DNA from: a virus
Virus record (IMG/VR): IMGVR_UViG_3300048911_000270
Span: 1,064 to 65,063 of that record
DNA length: 64,000 bases
Reading direction: 5' to 3' (one strand)
Part shown: positions 37,226 through 46,429 of the stretch, piece by piece
Position numbering within the stretch: the first letter of the stretch is position 1
Layout: each line of letters opens with the position of its first letter
The notes under the pieces: generated by a model
The model's input: the letters and a program-made list of their open reading frames with translations, nothing else
Told to the model about the DNA's origin: nothing
Databases searched by the model: none
Position numbers and translations under genes: made by a program

Positions 37226-38773
37226 ATGAAGATCGACTCGCCCCCGCCGGAACGCGAAGTCCCCTCTCTGGGGCGCTTCGAAAAGGTGCTCCTCGGGGTG
37301 GTGACCGTGGGGGCGATCACGGGTGGCGGAATCGGTCTGTACTCGTCTGTTGACTCCGTGTCCGCTGCTGCGGCGCGGTGGGGATTCGACCCGCCGATCA
37401 TTCTCCCGGTGGCCCTGGATATTTCCATTCCGGTGTTCTCGCTCGTCAACCTGCTGCTGATCCGGCTCGATATGCCGCTCGCCTGGGTGCGCATGGTTCC
37501 GTGGGCGTTGACGGCTGTGACGGTCTACATGAACGTCACGGCAGCGGGTGACGCTGTGGCCGCCCAGATCGGTCACGGCGCGCTGCCGATGCTGTGGGTT
37601 CTGCTCTCCGAGGTTGCCGCGCACGTGTACCGGACCCGCATCGGAGCGGTGACCGGGAAGCGGATGGATAAGGTCCGGAAGTCGAGGTGGCTTCTGGCGC
37701 CGATCTCCACCTGGACCCTGTGGCGGCGGATGGTCCTGTGGGAGGTCATCTCTTACCGGGTGGGCCTGCTGCTGGAGCGGAACCGGAAGCTGATGCGAGC
37801 CGATCTTCAGGACCAGTTCGGCAAGGGCTGGCGGAGGAAGATCACGGAGCGCCAGAAGGTGCTGCTCCGTCTTGGCGAACTGGCGCCCGCAGAGCTGTCG
37901 GCGGAGTTGGCGGCAGACGAACTGGCGGCAGTTCCTGGCGGCGAACTGGCGACAGGAGCGGAGACCCCTTCCGTTGTTGGCGGCGAGCTGGCGGCGCGAA
38001 CTGGCGGCAAGGACACCCACGAACTGGCGGCTGGAACTGGCGCCAACTTGGCGACAGGAAGCGAACTGGCGGCAGCAGCTTCTACCGCCAAGAGCGCCCC
38101 CGCCAACTGGGAGAAGCGCCAGGAAGACCTGGCGACAACTCGCGGAACTGGCGACAAGAAGCCTCTGACCAGCACTTTCGCTGTTGGCGGCGACAAGAAG
38201 CGGGCCGTGACCGTCTCTATTGGCGATCTCCCGGAGGAGGCGGCGGACCCCGGCTTCATCGACTTCCTGGCGGTTGGCGACGAACTGGCGGCAGCCGCTC
38301 TTGGCGCCAACAACGGAGCTGGCGACAGCTCGGACGGAGCTGGCGACAGCTCGGACGGAGCTGGCGACAACTGGGCCGGAGCTGTCGATGAGCCCGTCGG
38401 AGCTGGCGCCAACAGCGGACGAACTGGCGACAGGAGCGACAGCGGAACTGGCGACAGCTCGGCCGCCAACAGCGGAACTGGCGACAGCTCGGGAACTGGC
38501 GACAGCTCTTCTGGCGGCGCTTCTGGCGACAGCTCGGAGGTGTCGCCAACTGGCGGCAAGAGGGGCAAGCGGCGCCCGATGGCGGAGTGGATCGAACTGG
38601 CGAGCCCGATCTTCGACGCCGAGATGCGGCGCCGGAAGAGGCAGCCGAGCGGACCCGAGTTCGCCACCGCGATCGAGGAGGCGGGGTACGGGGCAGTGTC
38701 CGACTCGACCGCCAAGAACATCAGGACGGCGATCCTGGACCAGCGGGCCAAGGCCCTCACCGCGTCCCGCTGA
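37226..38773 (+). CDS. DUF2637-like membrane protein (plasmid Spd-like) with repetitive middle and C-terminal HTH-like region
   Basis: Four hydrophobic helices...HGALPMLWVLLSE...RWLLAPISTWTLWRRMVLW; ELAA/TGDS repeats; C-terminal RQPSGPEFATAIEEAGYG.VSDSTAKNIR. Confidence 0.75.
   Translation: MKIDSPPPEREVPSLGRFEKVLLGVVTVGAITGGGIGLYSSVDSVSAAAARWGFDPPIILPVALDISIPVFSLVNLLLIRLDMPLAWVRMVPWALTAVTVYMNVTAAGDAVAAQIGHGALPMLWVLLSEVAAHVYRTRIGAVTGKRMDKVRKSRWLLAPISTWTLWRRMVLWEVISYRVGLLLERNRKLMRADLQDQFGKGWRRKITERQKVLLRLGELAPAELSAELAADELAAVPGGELATGAETPSVVGGELAARTGGKDTHELAAGTGANLATGSELAAAASTAKSAPANWEKRQEDLATTRGTGDKKPLTSTFAVGGDKKRAVTVSIGDLPEEAADPGFIDFLAVGDELAAAALGANNGAGDSSDGAGDSSDGAGDNWAGAVDEPVGAGANSGRTGDRSDSGTGDSSAANSGTGDSSGTGDSSSGGASGDSSEVSPTGGKRGKRRPMAEWIELASPIFDAEMRRRKRQPSGPEFATAIEEAGYGAVSDSTAKNIRTAILDQRAKALTASR
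37872..38602. repeat. Intragenic array of YTGGCG / GAACTGGCG repeats
   Basis: Roughly 40 copies, one orientation, read in more than one frame (GAA CTG GCG = ELA; ACT GGC GAC = TGD). Confidence 0.8.
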
Positions 38774-38847
38774 CCGCCCGCAGCACGCACGAAGAGCCCG
38801 TCCCCAAGGCAAGTGGGGACGGGCTCTTCTGTGTCAGCTTACCGCCG

Positions 38848-39414
38848 TCAGCGGAGCCGCTGGTACAACGACCCCGGGGTGCAGTAACCCTCCCAACGGG
38901 AATCCGAGAACAGCTTGATTCCCGCCCGCCGGTACGCGTTGTCACAAAGCTGGGAACAGATCTGGTGGCCCGTCGCGGAAACGAATTCCCGCAATCCCGG
39001 AATGGGCAGACGTAACCGGTGTGCCGCAATTGCGGCGTAATCCACGAAGGAGTACTCGACGCCCTCGAAAGAGCGGGCCACGTCACAGATTCGCTTCCGG
39101 TCCAAATCTGTGAGACCGGCCGGGGAAACGTACAGGACGTCGTAGTCGTCGTAGTCGGACAGCGGCACGATCTGCGCGCCGCCCGGCATTGCCTCGATCA
39201 GCATCCCGTCCTCCAGGACGATGAACGCGTGCTCGAAGTGGGAGAAGCCGTCTCCGTTCAGCCACTGCCCTATGCGTATGAGGGCGCCCACGAAGCCGCT
39301 GATGCTGGTTAAGCCGATATCCCCCGGCTGGGGTGAGTTGTGAATCAAAGCGACCTCCCGGGCGCGTAGCAGGATTTTCTGTTCGGCGGCCGGAGCCGTC
39401 TCTGTGGAAGGCAT
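38848..39414 (-). CDS. Permuted papain-like amidase (YiiX/YebB-like)
   Basis: QPGDI...SHFEHAFI...IEA...YSF...ICSQLC; catalytic His precedes Cys. Confidence 0.78.
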   Translation of the reverse strand: MPSTETAPAAEQKILLRAREVALIHNSPQPGDIGLTSISGFVGALIRIGQWLNGDGFSHFEHAFIVLEDGMLIEAMPGGAQIVPLSDYDDYDVLYVSPAGLTDLDRKRICDVARSFEGVEYSFVDYAAIAAHRLRLPIPGLREFVSATGHQICSQLCDNAYRRAGIKLFSDSRWEGYCTPGSLYQRLR

Positions 39415-39648
39415 TTACTCCGGCTCTGGGAAGGCCACTGACAGCGTTGCAGGGGCGGGACGGGTGACGTGTAGGCCGCAGCGCTCTAAGGCCCGTACGA
39501 AGCCGTCCAGGTGGCCCCTCGGCCCGCTCACGATAACTGTGCGGTTCGGGCCCGGGGTGATACGGCAGTCGGGGCGCATTTGCGAGAAGACGGGGTGCAT
39601 CAGGATCCCGGTGACCCGGCGCATCGCTTCTTCCATGGTGACCGGCAA
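39415..39648 (-). CDS. Hypothetical protein
   Basis: 77 aa; coupled to the next gene; RBS GGAGAA. Confidence 0.5.
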   Translation of the reverse strand: MPVTMEEAMRRVTGILMHPVFSQMRPDCRITPGPNRTVIVSGPRGHLDGFVRALERCGLHVTRPAPATLSVAFPEPE

Positions 39649-39775
39649 CGGGTTCTCCTTCGGGCAAAAGAAAACCCCGCATCCTGGTGAGGATGCGGGG
39701 TGTGGGTGCCGCCAGTGTAACCCGTGTGAAAGGGGCGGCCTGCCCGGGAAAAGGCGCGGTTTTGGTTGCGCTATT

Positions 39776-40579
39776 TCAGCTCTCGACGGTCCCGGGGCAT
39801 TGCACTGCCTTTCGGCCCTTCAGCCACTTGTGCGGCTCGTGGGTCTTCGTGCGGTAGCACGGCTGAGGGGTTTCCCCGGCCGGGGTGTTCTGGACCGCCT
39901 GCATCTCCGCAGGGACCGGGGCCAGCGGCTGGATCTCCTGGTTCGGGTCCATGACGTTCACGGTGCCGGAGACGTCTTGCAGCTTGGACATGAGGACGGG
40001 GAGGCTGTTGGCGGCTGCCACGGTCCGTTTCGGGTCGTCGTCCTGAAGAGCGACGAACCCGCCCGGGATCGATCGGATGCGTACGTCGATCGGGAGCTTG
40101 GGGGACGGCAGGCGGGTGTTGGTGGGGTGGTAGGTGCTGTCCTCGGGGTGCAGGCGCAGCAGTGCCTCGCGCATCTTCTGACGGGCGTCCTTGGGGACCG
40201 GGTGCGCCTCCTCCAGCTCCCGGGCTCCCGGCGGGCTGGAGGCTTCCAGGAGGGCATCGAAGGTCTCCGGGACCGCGCGGTTCTCCCGGGGCTTGTTGAA
40301 CGGCCGGTCGTAGGTCTTCAGCGCGGGGAGCTTCGCCGGGTAGTACCGGAAGTCCCAGATCGCCTCCATGACGTCGGCCATGCCCGCCAGGTAGACGTGT
40401 TTGGCGTTGCGGGACTCCATCACGCCCCGGTGCTCTCGGCCGTGGGAGAGGGCTTCGTCCAGGATCTCGTCCCCGACGGCTCGGTAGTAATTCAGGAGGG
40501 CGTCCTCCGCGAAGTGCTCGCGGAGGAACGCGTCGATCTGGGCGGGGGAGGCATGGAAGCGGCTGGGCTGCTCGGTCAC
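39776..40579 (-). CDS. Hypothetical protein
   Basis: 267 aa; C-terminal C..TKTHEPH.W...CPG motif. Confidence 0.6.
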   Translation of the reverse strand: MTEQPSRFHASPAQIDAFLREHFAEDALLNYYRAVGDEILDEALSHGREHRGVMESRNAKHVYLAGMADVMEAIWDFRYYPAKLPALKTYDRPFNKPRENRAVPETFDALLEASSPPGARELEEAHPVPKDARQKMREALLRLHPEDSTYHPTNTRLPSPKLPIDVRIRSIPGGFVALQDDDPKRTVAAANSLPVLMSKLQDVSGTVNVMDPNQEIQPLAPVPAEMQAVQNTPAGETPQPCYRTKTHEPHKWLKGRKAVQCPGTVES

Positions 40580-40824
40580 TGGGTGTCCTCGGGGCGGGTA
40601 AGGGAGTAACTGATGGGGTCTCCGGGCAGGCGCCGGACGTGGACGAGACGGGGAGGGTTCTGGGCCAGGATGGTGATGATGACGGTTTCGTACCGGTCGC
40701 CGTGCAGGGCCAGCTCGGTCACCTTCCCTTCGACCCAGTCCCCGTGATTGGCGCGGACCTTGATGTAGTCGCGAAGGCGGGTCTCGTCGGCGCGCTGGGT
40801 GTCTCGGAACTCAGGAGTAGGCAT
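40576..40824 (-). CDS. Hypothetical protein
   Basis: MPTPEFRDTQ...; overlapping operon arrangement. Confidence 0.5.
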   Translation of the reverse strand: MPTPEFRDTQRADETRLRDYIKVRANHGDWVEGKVTELALHGDRYETVIITILAQNPPRLVHVRRLPGDPISYSLTRPEDTQ

Positions 40825-41059
40825 TCGGGGGCTCGATTCCGTGCTCGCGGAGGGTCTGCTCCAGGAAGGCGATGCGGTTCCAGGCGCGCTCCATACGGCG
40901 GGAGGCGTTGGTGGCGGCGTAGTTGTCCAGCACCAGATCGATGATCTCGCGCTGCTCCGGGTCGTCGTAGTCGTCCTCGTCGGTGAAGACGTAGACCTCG
41001 TCGGGGAGGATGCCGTTCTCCTCGCGGTACTGCATGGCGTACATCTCGGTGCGGTCCAC
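40811..41059 (-). CDS. Hypothetical protein
   Basis: 82 aa; acidic; C-terminal coiled coil. Confidence 0.55.
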   Translation of the reverse strand: MDRTEMYAMQYREENGILPDEVYVFTDEDDYDDPEQREIIDLVLDNYAATNASRRMERAWNRIAFLEQTLREHGIEPPNAYS

Positions 41060-41060
41060 G

Positions 41061-41228
41061 TCAGTTTCCCTTCAGCTCGGCGGGGGTGATGCCGCACTCG
41101 GTGCAGCCGATGCCCTCTTCGCCCTCGTGCTCGAAGGGCTGCATGTCGTGGTCGCCGACGGAGCAGGGGTCGACGTCTTCGTCACCGCCGTCCCATTCCT
41201 GGCACATCGGGTCGAATTCGGGGTACAT
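41061..41228 (-). CDS. Small acidic Cys-containing protein
   Basis: MYPEFDPMCQEW...CTECG; first gene after the motif at 41261. Confidence 0.55.
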   Translation of the reverse strand: MYPEFDPMCQEWDGGDEDVDPCSVGDHDMQPFEHEGEEGIGCTECGITPAELKGN

Positions 41229-41340
41229 CGCGGTCTCCTCGGTTCGGTGTCCAACTGATGTATCTACCCTAGCATGTTGGGGTGGCCGGGACAACAAGAA
41301 ACCCCCGGCGAGTCCGCCAGGGGTTCCAAGGCCGAACAGA

Positions 41341-41751
41341 TCAGGCGTTGCGGCGCCGCGTCTGCTCCGCGACCAGCTCCGCGTGCAGGTCCAGGAGCGG
41401 AGGAGTCGGGGTCTGATCAATCCGCCGGGTCACCCGGTCTATCGTCTTCTGGAGGAAGGCGTCATCCCAGTCCTCGTACAGCTCCTGCGGGGTAAGCCCG
41501 GCGGAGGCCAGCAGGCTCAGGACCGCCCGGCCCACGGCCCCGACCGGCTTGGGCCCCTCGTACTTGCCGCCGCGCCGGTTGTACTCGTCGTTGGCAACGT
41601 TCATGAAGGCCGAGGTGGGGCCGCCGTCCGGGGAGGTGATCTCCTCGCGCGGGACACCGTGCAGGCCCCGGGCCATGGCGATGACGACGGGGTCCTTGCG
41701 CAGGGCCTGGACGGCGTCTTCGAGGTGGTTGGTGTGGAGGGCGGTCATCAA
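41341..41751 (-). CDS. Hypothetical protein
   Basis: 136 aa; downstream of the motif at 41782. Confidence 0.6.
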   Translation of the reverse strand: MMTALHTNHLEDAVQALRKDPVVIAMARGLHGVPREEITSPDGGPTSAFMNVANDEYNRRGGKYEGPKPVGAVGRAVLSLLASAGLTPQELYEDWDDAFLQKTIDRVTRRIDQTPTPPLLDLHAELVAEQTRRRNA

Positions 41752-41811
41752 GGGCTCCTCGGTGTGGTGTCCGGCGGGAAGTATCTACCCTAGCTCAGGG
41801 GTGTGCGGGGC

Positions 41812-42327
41812 TCAAGCGGTCCGGCGGTATGCCTGCCACCAGGCGCGGTAAGCCTCAGGACACGCGCAGGTCAGCTCCCCGATCTTCTTGCCCTCGCGGA
41901 TGTGCCGGTTGGCCGCCTGGATCGTCCCGCACTCCACGGGTGAGCCCTTGCGGCTGTTCAGGGACAGGGCGGGAGGGGTCAGGCGCCGGTAGGGGCTGCG
42001 GACCGGGGCGGACAGCTCGGCGGGGACCTCGGCGTACTCCTCGCACGGGCCGCACAGGGGGATCCCGTGGTCTTCGTGCCACGTCAGGGCCTTCTCTGTG
42101 CCGTGCTGAGCGGTCGTTCCGGCCAGCAGGGCGGGGTTGGCCCGGGTGGCGATGAGGACCGCGTGCATGTTGGTGAGGGCGCCCAGCTTCCGGCGGGCCC
42201 GGTCCATGTACTTGTTCACGGTGGCCGGGGTCACGAACATCTCGTCGGCGATCTGGGACGGGGACAGGCCCTCTGCGGACATGCGGAGGGCTTCCCGCTC
42301 GCGGCGGGAGAGGGAAGTGTCGATCAT
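41812..42327 (-). CDS. LuxR-type HTH regulator with Cys/His-rich C-terminal modules (leaderless)
   Basis: LSRREREAL...GLSPSQIADEMFVTPATVNKYMDRARRKLG; HGT...CGPC and CGT...CACPEA modules. Confidence 0.8.
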   Translation of the reverse strand: MIDTSLSRREREALRMSAEGLSPSQIADEMFVTPATVNKYMDRARRKLGALTNMHAVLIATRANPALLAGTTAQHGTEKALTWHEDHGIPLCGPCEEYAEVPAELSAPVRSPYRRLTPPALSLNSRKGSPVECGTIQAANRHIREGKKIGELTCACPEAYRAWWQAYRRTA

Positions 42328-42476
42328 GTATCTACCCTAACGCTTAGCTGCTCCCGAGCCTAGCAAAAGGGCAGGGCACTTTGGAGTGCCCTGCCCTGTG
42401 GTGTGCTCTTCAGACGCCGTGTGAGGGGACCGCTGCGGGCGCTCGGCGCCTGGGGTCTACCGCTTCACGAGGGGCG

Positions 42477-42941
42477 CTACGGCCTGCCGTAATACGACCA
42501 GCGGGACGGTCCGTCGGTGTACCAGCGGATCTGGTGGTAGCCGACCGTGCTGCCGGTGCGCGGGGCGTCCAGCATCCAGCCGTGACCGTTCCAGAAGCCT
42601 GCGTAGAACCCGGTGTGGTAAACGCCGTTGCGGTCTGCGATGAAGATGCTGTCGCCGACCTGCCGGTTCGCCTGACTTACGTGGTGCATGGAGTTGTACT
42701 GCGAAGCGGCCGTGCGGGGGATGCTCTTTCCCACCTTGCCGTAGCTGTACTTGGTGAGGCCGGAGCAGTCGAACCGGTAGGGACCGGCGGCGCCGTAGGA
42801 GTACGGCGCACCTATATGGCGTTTCGCTTCGTTCAGGGCTCTGATCTTGAGCGCGGTCGCGGCCTGTGAGTCGGTTGCGGTGCCGAGGACCGCCCCACCT
42901 GCGAGGGCGAGGCACACGGAGGCGCTGGCGAACTTGTTCAC
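42477..42941 (-). CDS. Secreted NlpC/P60 peptidase
   Basis: Signal peptide ending SQA-A; GAPYSYGAAGPYRFDCSGL...HTGFY. Confidence 0.88.
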   Translation of the reverse strand: MNKFASASVCLALAGGAVLGTATDSQAATALKIRALNEAKRHIGAPYSYGAAGPYRFDCSGLTKYSYGKVGKSIPRTAASQYNSMHHVSQANRQVGDSIFIADRNGVYHTGFYAGFWNGHGWMLDAPRTGSTVGYHQIRWYTDGPSRWSYYGRP

Positions 42942-43111
42942 GACGATCTATCTCCCTGTTCGGGGCATGACTTGACCCCGGCATTACACCGGGGCCAGGC
43001 ACACGTTTTGGTAAATTTGATCGAATCTGTGAGCTATACCTCGTTTGTTCGATAGGGTCTTGCGCTTCAAGCGGGCACATGTCCCCGCGAAGTTGTTTCT
43101 ACCCTAGCACA

Positions 43112-43342
43112 TCATTCGCTGGAGTCCTGCCATGCTGCCGGAGGGAACCCCTTTCGGGACATCCAGTCATCGAGCTGCAAGAACGCCTCCGCAAGGGCTG
43201 CCTCGTTCGCGGCCACCTCTTCGCAGGTCTCCGGGTTGTCCAGATCGGCCATCGTCTGCGCGGCAAGTTCCCGCAGGTTACGGAGCAGGACGTTCGGATC
43301 TACGGATGTCACCGGGTCGGTTTCGAGGCTGGTCAGGTCCAT
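43112..43342 (-). CDS. Hypothetical protein
   Basis: 76 aa; DPNVLL...LAEAFLQLDDWMSRKGFPPAAW. Confidence 0.6.
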   Translation of the reverse strand: MDLTSLETDPVTSVDPNVLLRNLRELAAQTMADLDNPETCEEVAANEAALAEAFLQLDDWMSRKGFPPAAWQDSSE

Positions 43343-43458
43343 GGGTCTCCCCCCAGGGTAAGTAAGGTTTATCTACCCTAAATAGAAGTGGCCCCACATG
43401 CAAGAAAACCCGCCGTCAGGGGTTCGGCGGGCTTCCTGCTGTACACCGTGCACGGGCG

Positions 43459-43968
43459 TCATGACTTGATGAAATCGAGCCACTGCCAGATGTTCGCCAT
43501 GTCGTCCACGGTGAGCCCCCATCGGGGATCCACGCGGTACAACAGCGCCGGGGCGGGGTACTCCCGGGCGGCTCGGACGGTGTCGGCGCCGGTGATGGCG
43601 TCATCTATCCATACGAACGGACGGCCCTCCGCGTTCATCATTACCTCGTTGAGTTTCCAGTGGGAGCCGTCGGGGTGGTTGACGTACTTGTGGGGGAACG
43701 TCACGTGCGGCATCTCCGGGAGGCCGATCCGCGTACCGATCTCCCGGTTCGCGTCGCCCTCCCAGGACGTCGCCCAGTTCAGGTCGCACTTGAGGGCGCG
43801 CAGCCACGGGCCGTGCTTGGGGTTCAGCCAGATGGCCTTTCCCGTGCCCACGGACGTCCCTGCCCCGCCACGGGTCACGCGGTAGGTCTGGTAGCCCTTG
43901 GGCCTGCGGGTCGCGTAGGTCGGGATAAGCACACCGTCAACGTCGACCTGAATGAGGGGAGTTGTCAC
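43459..43968 (-). CDS. HAD-family phosphatase (Swiss-Army-Knife RNA-repair-like)
   Basis: DVDGVL, WATSWE, FVWIDD, VDPRWGLT. Confidence 0.8.
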   Translation of the reverse strand: MTTPLIQVDVDGVLIPTYATRRPKGYQTYRVTRGGAGTSVGTGKAIWLNPKHGPWLRALKCDLNWATSWEGDANREIGTRIGLPEMPHVTFPHKYVNHPDGSHWKLNEVMMNAEGRPFVWIDDAITGADTVRAAREYPAPALLYRVDPRWGLTVDDMANIWQWLDFIKS

Positions 43969-44051
43969 ATTTACCTCCTGTAGATACAACTGCTTGCGAT
44001 GTATCTACCCTAGCACATTCAAGGTGGGAGCTGCAACGACCTCCGTCCGGC

Positions 44052-44360
44052 CTACCTCTCGCGGTACAGACCATCCAGCTCATGGAGATTCAGCGGCTCG
44101 TACCCCAGGTCCGCTTCCAGCTCCGCCGTCCGGTGCCGGATCGCCTCCAGTTCCCGGACCCGCCGCTCCTCCAGCCGCACCGCCTTCGACTTACCGTCCG
44201 TAAAGAGGTCCCACATCATCCAGCCCACCCAGGCGAAACCTACGGGCAGAGACACATAGGCGACCTCCGGATGCGTCGGAGTCAGCGCAATGGGCAGCCC
44301 CACGACCAGGGGAAACAAGAAGAAAACGTCCTTGGGACGGATCTTCTTACGCTTTGTCAC
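44052..44360 (-). CDS. Small two-helix membrane protein
   Basis: Two hydrophobic segments followed by a coiled coil. Confidence 0.55.
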   Translation of the reverse strand: MTKRKKIRPKDVFFLFPLVVGLPIALTPTHPEVAYVSLPVGFAWVGWMMWDLFTDGKSKAVRLEERRVRELEAIRHRTAELEADLGYEPLNLHELDGLYRER

Positions 44361-44378
44361 AGTTTCTTCTCCTAGGTA

Positions 44379-45350
44379 TCAAGGCGCCGGACGACCGCGA
44401 CCGGCCGTCCGCCGCCGGGCCTGTTCCACCACGTCCCACGGGTTGAACCCGCTGCCGTCCGTCACCCTCGGCAGCACCTCCCGGATCAACCGGTCACCCT
44501 CCTTGACGGAGATCGTGTTCCACGGCGAGTTCACGATCTCAAAAATCGTGCAGCAGGCCCGGAAGATGCCCATCGTCCAGCCGGTAGGAGCGTCCTGGAG
44601 CGCCCGCAGTTCGTTACGGGCCCCCGTGACGACCCAGTCCGCATAGAAGTCCCACCGCTGGGCCGTCGCACCGTCCGGAGGGGCCGTGTACGCCGTGCTG
44701 CCGGTCTGAACGGTGCCTTCCTGCCCCTCGGCGTCGGACTGCTTCTCGCAGAGCGCCAGGAGCCACCTGGGGGCCTTCTGGATCGGGTCGTCGGACAAGA
44801 CCTCGTAGACGCCCTTGCCCGACACCGACGGCGGCAGGACGATGAACGCCCCGCCGTCGCCCGCCTTGAAGTCGAGATCCGGGTAAGGGTCCGGGTCCCC
44901 GAGCTTCCAGCCGCTCGGCCTGCCAAGGGAAGACAGGGCCGTCTTCAGTGCCGGACCCCGGTAGGTGAACAGGTACTGCGCACCGCCGCCGCCCGTCTTG
45001 TGCTGCCGGGTGCCTTCCAGGTCGTCCCAGCCGTACACGGCGGCCAGCTTCTCCAGGGACTCCCGGCCCTTCTTGCCCTCGTCGGTGTCGACGTCCAGCA
45101 CGACCACGCCCGTGGGCGTTCCGGTGATCAATCCGATGTTGTAGAGCCCGCTGCCGAACGCGGCCTCGGCCTGCTCCAGCGTGCGGATGCTGTGCTCGCC
45201 GTGTGGGTCCTTGTAGACGGGGTGCTTGCCCGCGCGTTTGCCGCACCGCCCGCCACAGGTGCAACTGCCCTTGCGGGTGATCCCGTGCAGCTTGGTCAGT
45301 ACGTAGCCGTCGGTGATCCACTCCGACGCGGCTTCCAGCTTCTCGTGCAT
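44379..45350 (-). CDS. Bifunctional primase/polymerase (Prim-Pol) N-terminal domain protein (leaderless)
   Basis: CTCGGRCGKRAGKHP...YNIGLITG...VVLDVD...HKTGGGGAQYLF...LDFKAGDGGAFIVLPPS. Confidence 0.88.
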   Translation of the reverse strand: MHEKLEAASEWITDGYVLTKLHGITRKGSCTCGGRCGKRAGKHPVYKDPHGEHSIRTLEQAEAAFGSGLYNIGLITGTPTGVVVLDVDTDEGKKGRESLEKLAAVYGWDDLEGTRQHKTGGGGAQYLFTYRGPALKTALSSLGRPSGWKLGDPDPYPDLDFKAGDGGAFIVLPPSVSGKGVYEVLSDDPIQKAPRWLLALCEKQSDAEGQEGTVQTGSTAYTAPPDGATAQRWDFYADWVVTGARNELRALQDAPTGWTMGIFRACCTIFEIVNSPWNTISVKEGDRLIREVLPRVTDGSGFNPWDVVEQARRRTAGRGRPAP

Positions 45351-45401
45351 ATATCTACCCTAACGCAAAGGCCCCGGGGCGAGAACCCCGGGGCGTCGTG
45401 C

Positions 45402-45587
45402 CTACTTCTCGACAGGCTTCGCATGGATGAAGCCCCAGTGACCGCAGTCGTTGACGAAGGTCCAGGTGCGCCCGGGAGCGCACTCCATGAGCCATAGACC
45501 TTCGGTGGCCACGCAGTTCTCTGCCGGGCACCTCTCCATGACGGGGTTGCCTTCTTCTGACGGCTCGAAGTCGTGGTCGAAGGTCAC
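45402..45587 (-). CDS. Small Zn-ribbon-like protein
   Basis: CPAENC...C...CGH. Confidence 0.5.
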   Translation of the reverse strand: MTFDHDFEPSEEGNPVMERCPAENCVATEGLWLMECAPGRTWTFVNDCGHWGFIHAKPVEK

Positions 45588-45591
45588 TTGT

Positions 45592-46101
45592 TTACCTGCC
45601 CTGCTTGTGAGCGCTGTAGCGGCCGGTTCCCTTGCGGAAACGGTCCTGCGGGTGACGGCCGACGGCCACGTCCCACACGTCCAGGCTGTTCAGCTCCTCG
45701 AAGTGCCCCATCCAGACCCGGGTGTACTCCTTGCCGTTGTGCTCGAACCGGTAGCGGTCCTGGAAGCGGGAAGATACCGGGTCCGCCTTCGCGGCCTTCA
45801 GCAGGCCCTCGGCCTCCTCGGGGGTGGCGAAGACGTCCAGTACCTTGGCGTGACCTCCGGAACGTCCGGACGTGTCGCCGCTGCTGTAGTCCGCGACGAC
45901 CGCGTACACGATGTCCCCGAGCTTGACGGGGAGGTCGGCACTGGCGGAGTCGCCATAGCTGTAGTACTCCTTGCCCGACATGTCCTGCCAGGCGGTGACG
46001 TTGGAGACACGGCCGTCGGTGTCTCCGTTGTCCATCTCGTCGTCGGGGTCGCGGAGCCGGGAATGCCAGGTCTCGGTCTCGGCGCTCACGATGATCTTCA
46101 C
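45592..46101 (-). CDS. Hypothetical protein
   Basis: 169 aa; downstream of the motif at 46135. Confidence 0.6.
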   Translation of the reverse strand: MKIIVSAETETWHSRLRDPDDEMDNGDTDGRVSNVTAWQDMSGKEYYSYGDSASADLPVKLGDIVYAVVADYSSGDTSGRSGGHAKVLDVFATPEEAEGLLKAAKADPVSSRFQDRYRFEHNGKEYTRVWMGHFEELNSLDVWDVAVGRHPQDRFRKGTGRYSAHKQGR

Positions 46102-46204
46102 AGGGGTCTCCTCGTTCTGGTGTTCCCTACGATGTATCTACCCTATCATAACCAGTGGCGAGGCAGACACGGGTTGAAGCCGCCCAGTAAGCCTTCCAGG
46201 GAGG

Positions 46205-46429
46205 TCACCGCACTATCACCGTGTTCGGGTCAGGCTTCGGGCAGGCCAGCACGTAATGCGCCGTCTTGTTCGGCAGCGGACCGCCGTGATCCGGACACCG
46301 GGCGTCGTAACGCCCCTCGTACTGCGCCCCGCACGGCGACCAACTGTCCTTCGGACACGTGCACTTGGGCGTACGGCTCACGTGCACGTGCATCAGGTAG
46401 GGCAGGACCGCCCGCTCCAGATCCGTCAC
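46205..46429 (-). CDS. Small Cys-rich hypothetical protein
   Basis: CTC...CG...CPDHG...CP. Confidence 0.5.
   Translation of the reverse strand: MTDLERAVLPYLMHVHVSRTPKCTCPKDSWSPCGAQYEGRYDARCPDHGGPLPNKTAHYVLACPKPDPNTVIVR

Noticed and set aside
37872-38602. Possible CRISPR array
   Set aside because: Repeats are 6-12 bp with irregular spacing and lie inside a CDS; no cas genes and no repeat-spacer periodicity.
42950-43075. Riboswitch upstream of the NlpC/P60 gene (c-di-AMP type is common for host homologues)
   Set aside because: Only one small hairpin is visible, and I could not find the conserved riboswitch elements.
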